A DNA stretch of 64,000 nucleotides, taken from a candidate division FCPU426 bacterium. GTDB taxonomy: Bacteria > Oederibacteriota > Muellerivitia > Muellerivitales > Muellerivitaceae. Positions 20,354-30,500 of the stretch are shown one piece after another. Location of the stretch: assembly GCA_963771075.1 (NCBI GenBank), contig CAVYSE010000026.1:32001-96000 (forward strand), written 5' to 3'. Position 1 is the stretch's first letter, and each line of letters begins with the position of its first letter. Below the pieces are notes generated by a model that searched no databases, was not told where the DNA came from, and saw only the letters and a program-made list of their open reading frames with translations. Made by a program: the position numbers and the translations under genes.

Positions 20354-21535
20354 ATGCGCAAACCGAAACAGGGTTTTTCCACGATGTGCGTGCATTCAGG
20401 GGAGGCCCGGGACTCGCAGGGCGGGTTGCACGCCCCCCTTTACAACCATTCAACCTTCGCTTTTCCCAACACCCGGGCCTTGTTGGATGTGGCGGAGGGG
20501 CGGGTTCCGGGAAACCTGTACACCCGTTACGGGTCCAATCCCACCGTCCGGGCGTTGGAGGCCAAGTTGGCCGCCCTTGAAGAGGGTGAGTCTGCCCTGG
20601 CTTTTGGGGCGGGGATGGCGGCGGAAACCGCGACCCTTCTCGCGCACGCCCAGCAGGGGGAGGTGCTCTGCCTGGGGGAGGTGTACGGCGGAACGTTTGA
20701 GCTTTTGAGGGAGTTTCTTCCGAAATTGGGCATCCAAACCCGGTTCGTCCACGCCTCCCAATTCGGTTTCCAGACCGATCATGTCACCCGCCGGACCAAA
20801 ATTTTGTTCTTTGAGACGCCCTCCAATCCGAACATGGAAATCATCGATATCGCCCCGGTCGCCCGGTTCGCTAAAAAACACGGGCTTCTATCCGTCATGG
20901 ACAACACCTTCGCCTCTCCCGTGAACCAGAATCCCCTATCGTTGGGGGTGGACCTGGTGATCCATAGCGCGACCAAGTACCTGGGCGGCCACAGCGACCT
21001 GACGGGAGGGGCCGTCATCGGGCCCCGAAAGCTTCTGGAACCCATTCGGCTCTGGAGAAAGTTTTTCGGCCAGGTCATGGCGCCGGACGTGGCTTTTCTG
21101 TTGCTACGCAGTTTGAAGACCTTATCGGTACGCGTGGAGCGGCAGAACCAAACCGCCCTTTCCATCGCCAAGGCCTTGAAGGGCCACCCCCGGGTCCGGT
21201 CGGTGAAGTATCCTGGCTTACCCGGCCATCCGGGTCATAAAACCGCGAAAGAACAAATGAGGGGTTTCGGTGGGATGCTAAGCTTTGAGATCAAGGGGGA
21301 CCTGCGAAGGACCGTGAGGTTCGTGGATTCGCTGAGGCTGTTTACCATCGCCCCCAGCCTGGGCGGGGTGGAAAGCCTCGTGACCCAGCCTGTCACGACC
21401 ACCCACCATGGTTTGACCCCGGCCCAAAGGGCCGAACGGGGGATCACCGATTCACTGGTCCGCCTTTCCTGCGGTTTGGAGGACGCGAAGGACCTGATGG
21501 CGGATTTGAAAAGGGCCTTAGACGTTATCTCGTGA
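20354..21535 (+). CDS. PLP-dependent transsulfuration enzyme (cystathionine gamma-synthase/lyase, methionine gamma-lyase family)
   Basis: YTRYGSNPT, FETPSNP, DNTFASP, HSATKYLGGHSD, SLGGVESL. Confidence 0.92.
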   Translation: MRKPKQGFSTMCVHSGEARDSQGGLHAPLYNHSTFAFPNTRALLDVAEGRVPGNLYTRYGSNPTVRALEAKLAALEEGESALAFGAGMAAETATLLAHAQQGEVLCLGEVYGGTFELLREFLPKLGIQTRFVHASQFGFQTDHVTRRTKILFFETPSNPNMEIIDIAPVARFAKKHGLLSVMDNTFASPVNQNPLSLGVDLVIHSATKYLGGHSDLTGGAVIGPRKLLEPIRLWRKFFGQVMAPDVAFLLLRSLKTLSVRVERQNQTALSIAKALKGHPRVRSVKYPGLPGHPGHKTAKEQMRGFGGMLSFEIKGDLRRTVRFVDSLRLFTIAPSLGGVESLVTQPVTTTHHGLTPAQRAERGITDSLVRLSCGLEDAKDLMADLKRALDVIS

Positions 21536-21823
21536 ATGTTTTGTCCGACTCCCCTCGTTACCAAGGGTTACCAAATAATTTCCCCGGTTTGGGCTGATTT
21601 AACCCGCCCATGAGCGTTTAGGGCAAGTAATCCATTACCCTTAGCCTTGAGGGCCTTTCAATCAAATCAGGGTTTCCAACGGCGAGTAGCTCCTGGATGG
21701 TTCCCCTTTTATATTTTTGTTAATTGTTGAAAAAACCTTAAAGATTATGGTTTTATTTGTTATTGTCATTGTCCTGGCAACAGCAAGATGAACCATGCCT
21801 GGGGCTTATTAGGGGAGGAAGTT

Positions 21824-22078
21824 ATGGTCCGTTTAAGGTTTTTGGCAGCGTCAGCGTTTTTTGTTTCATGGGTTTTGACGTCCGCGGCTTGGGCTCAATC
21901 GAGTTCGAACGCGGCGCCCTTGGGAAGCAAGTCCAATCCCATCCCGGTAGTCGCGGTTGGAACGCCTATCGCGTCTTCCACTCCGGGAGCCAAGGGGGCC
22001 AAGCGGGGTTCCAAATTAAATCCCATCAAGGGCCAAGCCCATCCCCGAAAAGCAGCAACCCCTAACCCCTTTCATTAA
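21824..22078 (+). CDS. Small secreted hypothetical protein
   Basis: GGAGG RBS, signal peptide ending AWA, repeated GSK-x-NPI motif. Confidence 0.55.
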   Translation: MVRLRFLAASAFFVSWVLTSAAWAQSSSNAAPLGSKSNPIPVVAVGTPIASSTPGAKGAKRGSKLNPIKGQAHPRKAATPNPFH

Positions 22079-22273
22079 TTCCTAAGGCCGTTTTTTAATC
22101 CCACGCCGGTCCGGCTTTCCTGTTCGAATCGGCCGGCAGCTTTCGCTGATGAAACAGCTGTAGCATCCATATCCACTTTTGGGAAACCGACCGGGATGAA
22201 CCGGGGTTCTCCGGAAAACACCGCCTCCCATCCAGAAATATATTGAGGGACTCGATTTGAAGACAGGCAAGCC

Positions 22274-23221
22274 GTGAGACGGTCCAACCCTCTATTGCCG
22301 CTGGCCCTTTTCCTGGCCTTGGGATCCCTATCGGTTCTATGGGCGGCCCCGGAGGAAAAGGCCTACTTGAACACGGTCATCGGCCTGGTTCACGCGGTGA
22401 ACGCGGAAGGGAAGGCTCGGCGGGTATTCGACGGCCAATGGGTCCATGCGCTGGAAACACTCCAGGTGGGGGAGAAATCCGAGGCGGTCCTTGTCTGCCC
22501 GGACGGCACCCTCCTCAGCCTGGCCTCCGGGACTCAAATGAAAATCGCGTCCCTCAAACGGCCTTCCCCCCAGGAGAAAAATTTCCTGTTCAACCTGGAC
22601 GCGGGCCGGATTTTCGCCCAAGTGAAGAAACTTTTTTCGGCCAAGTCCTCCTTCGAGATCAACGCGGGAGGTTTGATCTGCGGGGTGCGCGGCACCCAGT
22701 ACACGGTCGACTATGACCCCAAAACCAAGGCCATGAACCTGGATGTTTTTGACGGCGCGGTAAACGCCTTCAATCAAAGCGTGACCCAGCTTTTTACCGC
22801 CGGGCAGGCAGGCCATTTCGTGAACGGCCAATGGGACGGGAAGGTCGGCCAGGCCCCTCCCGCACCCAAGGGATTCGCGAAGGCGGCGGGTATCGCGGGT
22901 GGCAATGGGGGAGCGGGGAGCGGCGGTGGTTCCACCGGCAACGGAACGGGCGGCGCCGGAACCGGCCAGAATGGCGGGGGTCCTTTGGGTTCAGCCGGGC
23001 CGGGGTCGGGAAACAATGCCGCGAATTTTTCGGTCGTACCCGGGTCAGGGCAGGGCTACCAACCCAACAGTTCCCTCGGCTCCCTGAGTAACCTGAGCCT
23101 GGGGGACTTGAACACCCAATACAACCAGTTGGTTGTCATTAACCAGGACAACAACCTTTCCTCAACCCAGCTGCCAGTCCATATTCAAGTGGTGGTTCCG
23201 GCCGGGGAGGCGGTGCCATGA
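22274..23221 (+). CDS. Exported FecR-domain protein with Gly-rich tail
   Basis: Signal peptide; DGTLLSLASGTQM, GVRGTQY, LDVFDGAV FecR motifs. Confidence 0.8.
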   Translation: MRRSNPLLPLALFLALGSLSVLWAAPEEKAYLNTVIGLVHAVNAEGKARRVFDGQWVHALETLQVGEKSEAVLVCPDGTLLSLASGTQMKIASLKRPSPQEKNFLFNLDAGRIFAQVKKLFSAKSSFEINAGGLICGVRGTQYTVDYDPKTKAMNLDVFDGAVNAFNQSVTQLFTAGQAGHFVNGQWDGKVGQAPPAPKGFAKAAGIAGGNGGAGSGGGSTGNGTGGAGTGQNGGGPLGSAGPGSGNNAANFSVVPGSGQGYQPNSSLGSLSNLSLGDLNTQYNQLVVINQDNNLSSTQLPVHIQVVVPAGEAVP

Positions 23222-24528
23222 CCGCGCCCCTAATAAGGAAGGTTAAGTTAACCGCTATGGGTTATGAGTTGTGGAAGTTTTTGAACCTTCCGTTCAAAAA
23301 CATCAACCGCTTAATACCCGCTACTCAAAACTTAAAATTTCTTTTTCTTTTTCTTTTCGTGGTTTCGCGTATATGGGCCCAAACGGCTGACTCGACTCCG
23401 TCGGAATCAACCGCTCCAACCCCAACCGGCACAACCTCAACGGGTTCCCCCCACAAACCTTCCTGGGGATCGATGGACCTGGGAGCCCAATACGTCGGTT
23501 GGAGTTCCAGCAGTGCCTACCCCTTCAACGGCTCCGAGCTTTTGGCGCCCCTGTCCCTCGCGGTAACCCCTTGGAATGACGCCCGCCTTTACGGCCAAAC
23601 CGAGTTCGCAAACGGAAACTACACCGACTCCGTGGCGGGGACCCAGACCTTCAACCTTTCGAACCTGAGCGATACGGTCATCGGCCTGGAGGCGGGATTC
23701 AAGAGCTTTTCCATGCCTTCCATCGCCAACATCGCGGTCAACCTTCCCACGGGAAACCCCTCCTGGGAATTCGAGCAGACCAATTCCATCGTTCCCATCG
23801 AGTTCATTGACAGCGACTACCGGGGCCGGGGGTTTGGCATGAGCTTTTTATACGGCTTTTCACTGCAGGCGGGGAACGAGCAATACGGTTTCGCCGCGGG
23901 TTACCTCTTCGCGGGCGCCTTCAACCCCAATTACGGGATTTGGGCTCCGGGGGAAGCCTTGAAGCTCGGGGATTCCACCTTCCTATCCCTGAACCGCGTG
24001 GTGGACCACGGCGGAGGGGAGAATGACATCATTCGCCTCTCGGCCTTTTATTTCCTGCCCACTGAGGCCAGCGGGACCGACCTGCTCCAGATGGGGCCCA
24101 ACGTGAACGCCTCCTTCGCCTGGAACAATCCCCGGGCCTTTTCCTTCGAAGTGGGCGGGCAATATTATTTTCCCACCGCGAACGCGGACGTGAATGGGAC
24201 CCTGGTTCCCGAACCCCAAAGCGCCCTCGCCCCGCGGTTTTATTTTTATCCCAGCTACGGCCTCGGGGACCTCACCCTTTCGGGCCGGGCGAAATATATC
24301 CTGGCCAACGGCTTCGACCCCGCCAACCCGCTTTATGACGGCGGGGGTTTCCTTTTGGGAATCGGGCCTTCCTACCGGTTCAAATTGGACGCCTCTTCCG
24401 CCCTTCGGGTGAACGGGGGTTTCGATTACGTCCTATGGCAAAACGGCGGTTTTGATGAAAACGGCGGCCGGGTGAACCTTTCCTATGCCCATTGGACCTT
24501 CGGGACCCATTACGAGGTGAACCTTTGA
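23218..24528 (+). CDS. Outer-membrane beta-barrel protein
   Basis: Alternating aromatic beta-strands; ends HWTFGTHYEVNL; overlaps both neighbours by 4 nt. Confidence 0.65.
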   Translation: MTAPLIRKVKLTAMGYELWKFLNLPFKNINRLIPATQNLKFLFLFLFVVSRIWAQTADSTPSESTAPTPTGTTSTGSPHKPSWGSMDLGAQYVGWSSSSAYPFNGSELLAPLSLAVTPWNDARLYGQTEFANGNYTDSVAGTQTFNLSNLSDTVIGLEAGFKSFSMPSIANIAVNLPTGNPSWEFEQTNSIVPIEFIDSDYRGRGFGMSFLYGFSLQAGNEQYGFAAGYLFAGAFNPNYGIWAPGEALKLGDSTFLSLNRVVDHGGGENDIIRLSAFYFLPTEASGTDLLQMGPNVNASFAWNNPRAFSFEVGGQYYFPTANADVNGTLVPEPQSALAPRFYFYPSYGLGDLTLSGRAKYILANGFDPANPLYDGGGFLLGIGPSYRFKLDASSALRVNGGFDYVLWQNGGFDENGGRVNLSYAHWTFGTHYEVNL

Positions 24529-27500
24529 AACCTCGTAAGAACACAAAAAACATCTCTAAGTCCTTGGTTCGGGGTTCCGGGTTTTGGAAAGGTTTGAGCC
24601 GAAGGCTCGTAAATCCCCATCCCATAAAACTTAAATCTCCCAACCTCAAACGGGTTTTCGGAATTTCGCTTTTTGCATTGGGCCTAGCCATCCTATGGGG
24701 TTGCCAGAGCAAACTTTCCCCGACCTCCCCCACTATTCCGGCCAAGACCTATAACCTGTCCCTGTCCGTGCCCTTGACGAGCCAGGTCCAGGCCAGCCTG
24801 TTGGGGGTAACGAACAATGTGGTCGATTGGAGCGTGTCGGGCCCGAGCATGGCCACCACAACGGGTTCGACCGGCTCCCTCTCCACTTCCTCCATGGGCT
24901 CGGGAAGCTTGAACCTTTCCCTTGAGGTCCCCCAGGGGTCCGCCCGGCTGATCTCCCTCCAAATGAACAACGCCAATACGAGCCAAGTGTTGGCCTTGGG
25001 AGCCTTGCAGGCGGATATTTCCGCCGGAGGCGTCAGCAACCTATCGGTAACCCTGGGATCGGTCGTTCGCAACTGCAACACCGTGGACTCCTCCTCCTTT
25101 GGGAACACGACCAGTTATTACACCTTTCAATCCGGCACCCTCCTATCCACCGCGGCGGGCGCGGACCTGGCGATCGTCCCTTCGGGGTCCAGCTTTACCC
25201 TGGCGGCCCAAGGTTCCAACAGCATCGCCTATTTGGGCAACGGACTGATCGTGAATTACGATTTTATCCCTCCGGCGGCCGCCTTCGCCTCCACCTCCAA
25301 TGGTTCCAAACAGGCGGCAGGGGCCACCCCCGCCTACCTTCAAGCCGGGGATGTCTATTGTCTTTCCCTCGGAGCAGGGGCGGCGAACGGCCATGCCTGG
25401 CTGCAGATCGAGAATCCCAACCAAAATTTCGGTTATAACGCCCCGGTCCCAACGGGCCCGGCCTTTTATTACCGGTGGAACACGACCCTTCCTTATTATG
25501 CGTACGACTTGGCGACCGCCAATAACGGCGTCACCTGCCCCACCCATGTCTTTACTCCCACCACCATCCCGACCAATACCTTTACCCCCACGGCCTCCTT
25601 TACCCCGACCTCGAGCTATACCTCGACCCTCACGCCCACCATCACCCTGACCCCGACCGCGACCTTGACGCCGACCTCGACCCTTTCCCCCTCGCCCTCC
25701 GCCACGCCTTCCGTTACCGGCACCTACACCTCCTCGCCGGTTTATACCCCCAGTTGGACGCCCACGAATAGCGCGACTCCCACCGGCACGGTGACCGGGA
25801 CCGTCACGAAAAGCCCCACACCCACTTGGACGGGTACGGAGACCCTGTCGCCCACCCTAACGGCCACCTTTACCGCTTCCGACACCCATACCACTACGCC
25901 GGTGAACACCTCCACACCGACGGCCACCATGACATCTACCTTGACGGGTACCACCACCCTGAGCCCCACGGTCACCTCCACACCCACCGTGACGCCTACC
26001 CCAACCCTGTCGCCGACGATCTCGTCCACATGGACGGTTACGGCCACCCCAACCGTTACGTCGACGGCCACGATCACCACCAGCGCCACCCCGACCTTGA
26101 CCCTCGTGAATACATCCACCCCGACCCTGGACCCGACCGCCTCCCTAACGGAAACGATCACCCTTTCACCAACCCTGACCGGAACCTTTACGCCGACGCC
26201 GTCCATTACGGCAACGCCTTCGGTGACGCCGAGCCCGACCCTGAGCGCCACCCTGGTGAACAGCCCGACCCCGACGGACACCCCAACGGCTACCCTGACG
26301 GGCACTATTACCCTGAGCCCCACGGTCACCTCCACACCCACTGTGACCGATACCCCGACCCTGTCGCCAACGGTTTCGCTCACATGGACCGTTACGGCCA
26401 CTCCCACCGTCACCTTGACCGATACCCTAACCCTTACCCCCACCTCAACTCCCACGCCGGTGAACAGCTCTACCTCTACGGCCACCCCGACCCCCACGCT
26501 GACGGAAACAATCACCCTGAGCCCGACCATTACCTCGACCCCCAGCCCGACCCAGACCGTGACGCTCACCCAGACGATATCGATGAGTCCAACGGCCACC
26601 GTAAGCGCGACTCAGACCACGACCCCCGTGAATACCGGCTCCTTTACTCCCACCCCCACCGCGACGCTGACGGGGACGGTCACCTTGACCCCCACGGTCA
26701 CTTCCACCCCCACCCCGACGAATACCGCGACCCTGTCCCCGACCCTAACCCTGACCCCCACGATCACGTCCACCCTCACCGGGACATCGACGGGTACCCC
26801 GACCCTTACCCCGACGGTCACGAATTCCCCCACCTCCACGGGAACACCGACTCCAACCGGTACGATCACCCTCACGCCCACCGTGACCAATACTTCCACC
26901 CTGACGAACACTCCTACGCCCACCCCTAGTCCCACCCCGACCGGAACGGTCACCCTGACCGAAACGGTCACCTTGACCGAAACGAACACCTTGACCGGCA
27001 CGGTGACTCCCTCTTTGACGACCACGCCCACGATCACCTCTACCCCCGCCAATTCCGCCACGGTGACCCCCACGATCACCCCCACGGCGACCGTCACTTC
27101 GACCGCGACCTACAGCCCCACCCCGGTCCCCACGCCCTCGCTGGCTTCCGCCGCGGTTTCCTGCGTCAATACGGACGGGGGCGACGGGGCCTGCCGGGTC
27201 TTCGCCCTATCCATCGCCGCCAACGGGTCCACCGGGTTCCCGGACACCAGCTACGCCCTCGTCAAGGACGTGACCAACGGCCAGAGCGTTTATGTGGGGC
27301 CCTGGTATTACAACGGCGCGGGCACGACCTTCACGGCCGACCTGAGCGGGGAATCGTTCGGGGTCACTTCCACCTCCAGCCCGGTCTCCGCGCTCCTGAG
27401 CGTGGTCCTGACGGACGCCACCAAGGGCGTCACCTACGGGGTCGTGAACCCCTCGGGCTCACCCCTGAACCTGGAGGCCCCGCCCGGCTTCCTCTACTCC

Positions 27501-30500
27501 GCCACGAACGTCTCCTGCGGCACCGCGCTGGAAGACGGGAATTGCTCCCTCTTCAACCTGACCGTCTATCCCTATAACCCGGTTTGCGGTTCGGTCACCC
27601 AGATCAGCAAGATCAAGCTCACCGACCTGAACGACGGCAGCTCAACGATATTCGGGCCGGTCACCTACACCTGCACCAATTTCAACTTCCTGGTTCCGGC
27701 GGAGGCCATGGGGGTGGCCGCGGGCACGCCGCAACTCAACGCGATGTTCCGGGTGGACCTGTACGATTCCACGGGGACCACCGTCTGGGATTCCAGGACA
27801 CTGGGGCCTCTCAACCTGGAATACCCGGGCAACTCCATCTCCTCCTGCTCGGTGAACTGCATCACATCCGACCCCAATAACGGGGCCTGCCAGGCCTTCG
27901 TCCTGAACCTGGACGCCAACGGCCCGCCGGGGGTCCCCTCGGTCAGCTATGCCGGGGTGACGGATACCACCAACGGTATCGGGGTCGTGGTGGGCCCGAT
28001 CGACTATACCGGGACCACGGGCAGTTTCTCCGTGACCCTCCAGCCGGAGGATTTCGGCCTGACCAGCGCCGCCTCCCAGATAAGCTCAAATTTCGTCGTT
28101 AGGCTCCTGAATGAGCCCCAAAACACGGTGTTGGACAGCGCCGTGCCCACCGGGTCGCCCCTGATACTCGAAGGGCCCAGCGAATACATCTACAACAACA
28201 GCCTCAATTGCGTGACCCCCTTGACGGACGGGAACTGCGCCTATTTCACCTTCAACACCGACCTTTTCAATCCCTCCTCCTCGGCGGTCACTAGCAAGGT
28301 GACGCTGACGGATCGGACGAGGAACTACTCGGTTTACCTGGGACCCTTTGTCGATTCGGGAACCGGCAATTACGCCTTCGCGGTCACGTTGGATGGGGAA
28401 CTGATGGGCCTCTCGGCGGGCCAAACCGCCCTGAACGACGCCTTCGAGGAAACCTTGACCGATCCAAGCGGGGTGACGGTCTATGACAGCCAGCCCCTGG
28501 CCAACCCCTTCAGCTATGAATACGCCCCCAATTACCTCGCGGGCAGCGCCGTTTCCATCCTCTTTACCGACTCCCAGAACGGGGCCTGCCAGGGTTTCCA
28601 GTTGACGATTGACGCCAACGGCCAGGCGGGCCTGCCTTCCACCGGGGAAGCTTACGTGACCGACACGAACAACGGATACGGCGTCTGGGTAGGACCCTGG
28701 ACCTACAACGGGACGGGCGACAGTTTTGCCGTGACCCTTCTGGGCAGTGATTTCGACCTTCTCTATAACGCGGCGCCGGTCACGGCCAACCTGACGGTCA
28801 AACTATACGACGGGACGGGTACCGTCCTGCTGGATTCGGACACGCCCGCCGGGTCGCCCCTGACCCTGGAAGCCCCCGCTGAATATATCAACAGCCAAAC
28901 CTTCGGCTGTTCCACGGTCGGGGAGGACGGCAATTGCGAGGTCTTCACCTACAGCACCCTCCTCAGCAATCCTCTGGATATGCCCATCACGTCCCTGGTC
29001 GGCCTCCTGGACACCACCCAGGGCGTCACGGTTTATTTGGGCCCCGTCACCAACCCGGGAGGGAACAATTCCTACGGCGTGACCCTCCACCCCGAGAATT
29101 TCAACCTCGCCCCGGGCCAGGAGGCGGTCAGCCATGTCTTTAGGGAATTCCTGTTCAACGCGGCGGGCACCACCCTCCTCGACCAGCGGCCCGCCACCTT
29201 CAGCTACGAGTACCCGGCGAATTATTTCAACTCGGCCTCGGTTTCGGTGCTTTCCACCGACACCAACGGGGCCATCCAGCGGTTCCTCCTGACCCTGGCG
29301 ACCACGGGTCCGCCCGCCCTCACCTCCACCAACGTGGCCAACGTGATCGACAACCAAAACTCCGCCGCCACCCAGGTGGGCCCCTGGACCTACACCGGCA
29401 CCGGCAGTTACTCGGTGACCTTGAACGGGTCCGATTTCGGTCTGGACACCAACGCGGCCCCCTCCACGGTCAATTTGACCGTCAATCTTTACAACCCGCA
29501 GCTCCAATGGCTGGATACGATCGTCCCCGCGGGTTCGCCCATCACCTTGGAGGCTCCCTTCGAGTTCATTTACGGTACCTCTTACAATACCTTCAGCTGC
29601 CAGACGTTCGCCGAGGACGGGAACTGCACCTACTTCACCTACAACACCGACCTGGAAGCGCCTTACGGGGCGACGACACCGGTGACCTCCCTGGTGCGGC
29701 TCATCGACGTGACCAGCGGCGCTTTCGTGACCCTGGGTCCCTTCGTGAACAGCAACAACTCGATCACCGGCCACTCGGTGACCTTAAACGGGGCCAGCTT
29801 CGGCCTGGCTCCGAACGGGACGGCGGTCAACCACCAGTTCCAGGAGCAGTTGCTCGACGCCACCGGGGTGACCCTGCTTGACCAGCAGGCGGCCCAAACC
29901 TTCAGCTACGAGTACCCGGCCAATTATATTTCCTCCGCCGCGATCTCCGGTAATAGCCACCGACGGGGGCAACGGGGCGGTCCAAAGGTTCCTCTTGACC
30001 CTGGGGACCACAGGCCCCCCGGGGATCAATTCCACCAACTACGCCAATGTCATCGACAACCAAAACGGCAATTCCATCTCGGTGGGGCCCTGGAGCTACA
30101 CCGGCACCGGCGGTTACTCCGTGACCCTGATCGGGTCTGATTTCCAATTGACCACCAACGCGGCGCCGGTTACCACGGGCTTTACGGTCAAGCTTTATAA
30201 CCAGCAGAACCAATGGCTGGATACGAGGGTTCCCGCAGGGTCCCCCCTAAGCTTCGAGGCGCCCCCCATCTTCATCTACAGCCCCGCCGACGACACTTTC
30301 TCCTCCCAGACCACCGCCGAGGACGGGAACAGCACCTACTTCACCTACAACACCTACCTGGAAGCGCCTTACGGGGCGACGACCCCGGTGACCTCCCTGG
30401 TGCGGCTCATCGACGTGACCAGCGGCGCTTTCGTGACCCTGGGTCCCTTCGTGAACAGCAACAACTCGATCACCGGCCACTCGGTGACCTTAAACGGAGC

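Noticed and set aside
22130..22165. Hammerhead ribozyme suggested by CTGATGA
   Set aside because: No stem II and separate GAAA core with flanking helices could be built
25742..27097. Val-rich minus-strand ORFs and His/Pro-rich alternate-frame ORF
   Set aside because: Shadows of the Thr/Pro stalk codons
29940..29960. Programmed ribosomal frameshift in the giant gene
   Set aside because: No slippery heptamer, and the sister repeats lack the extra base
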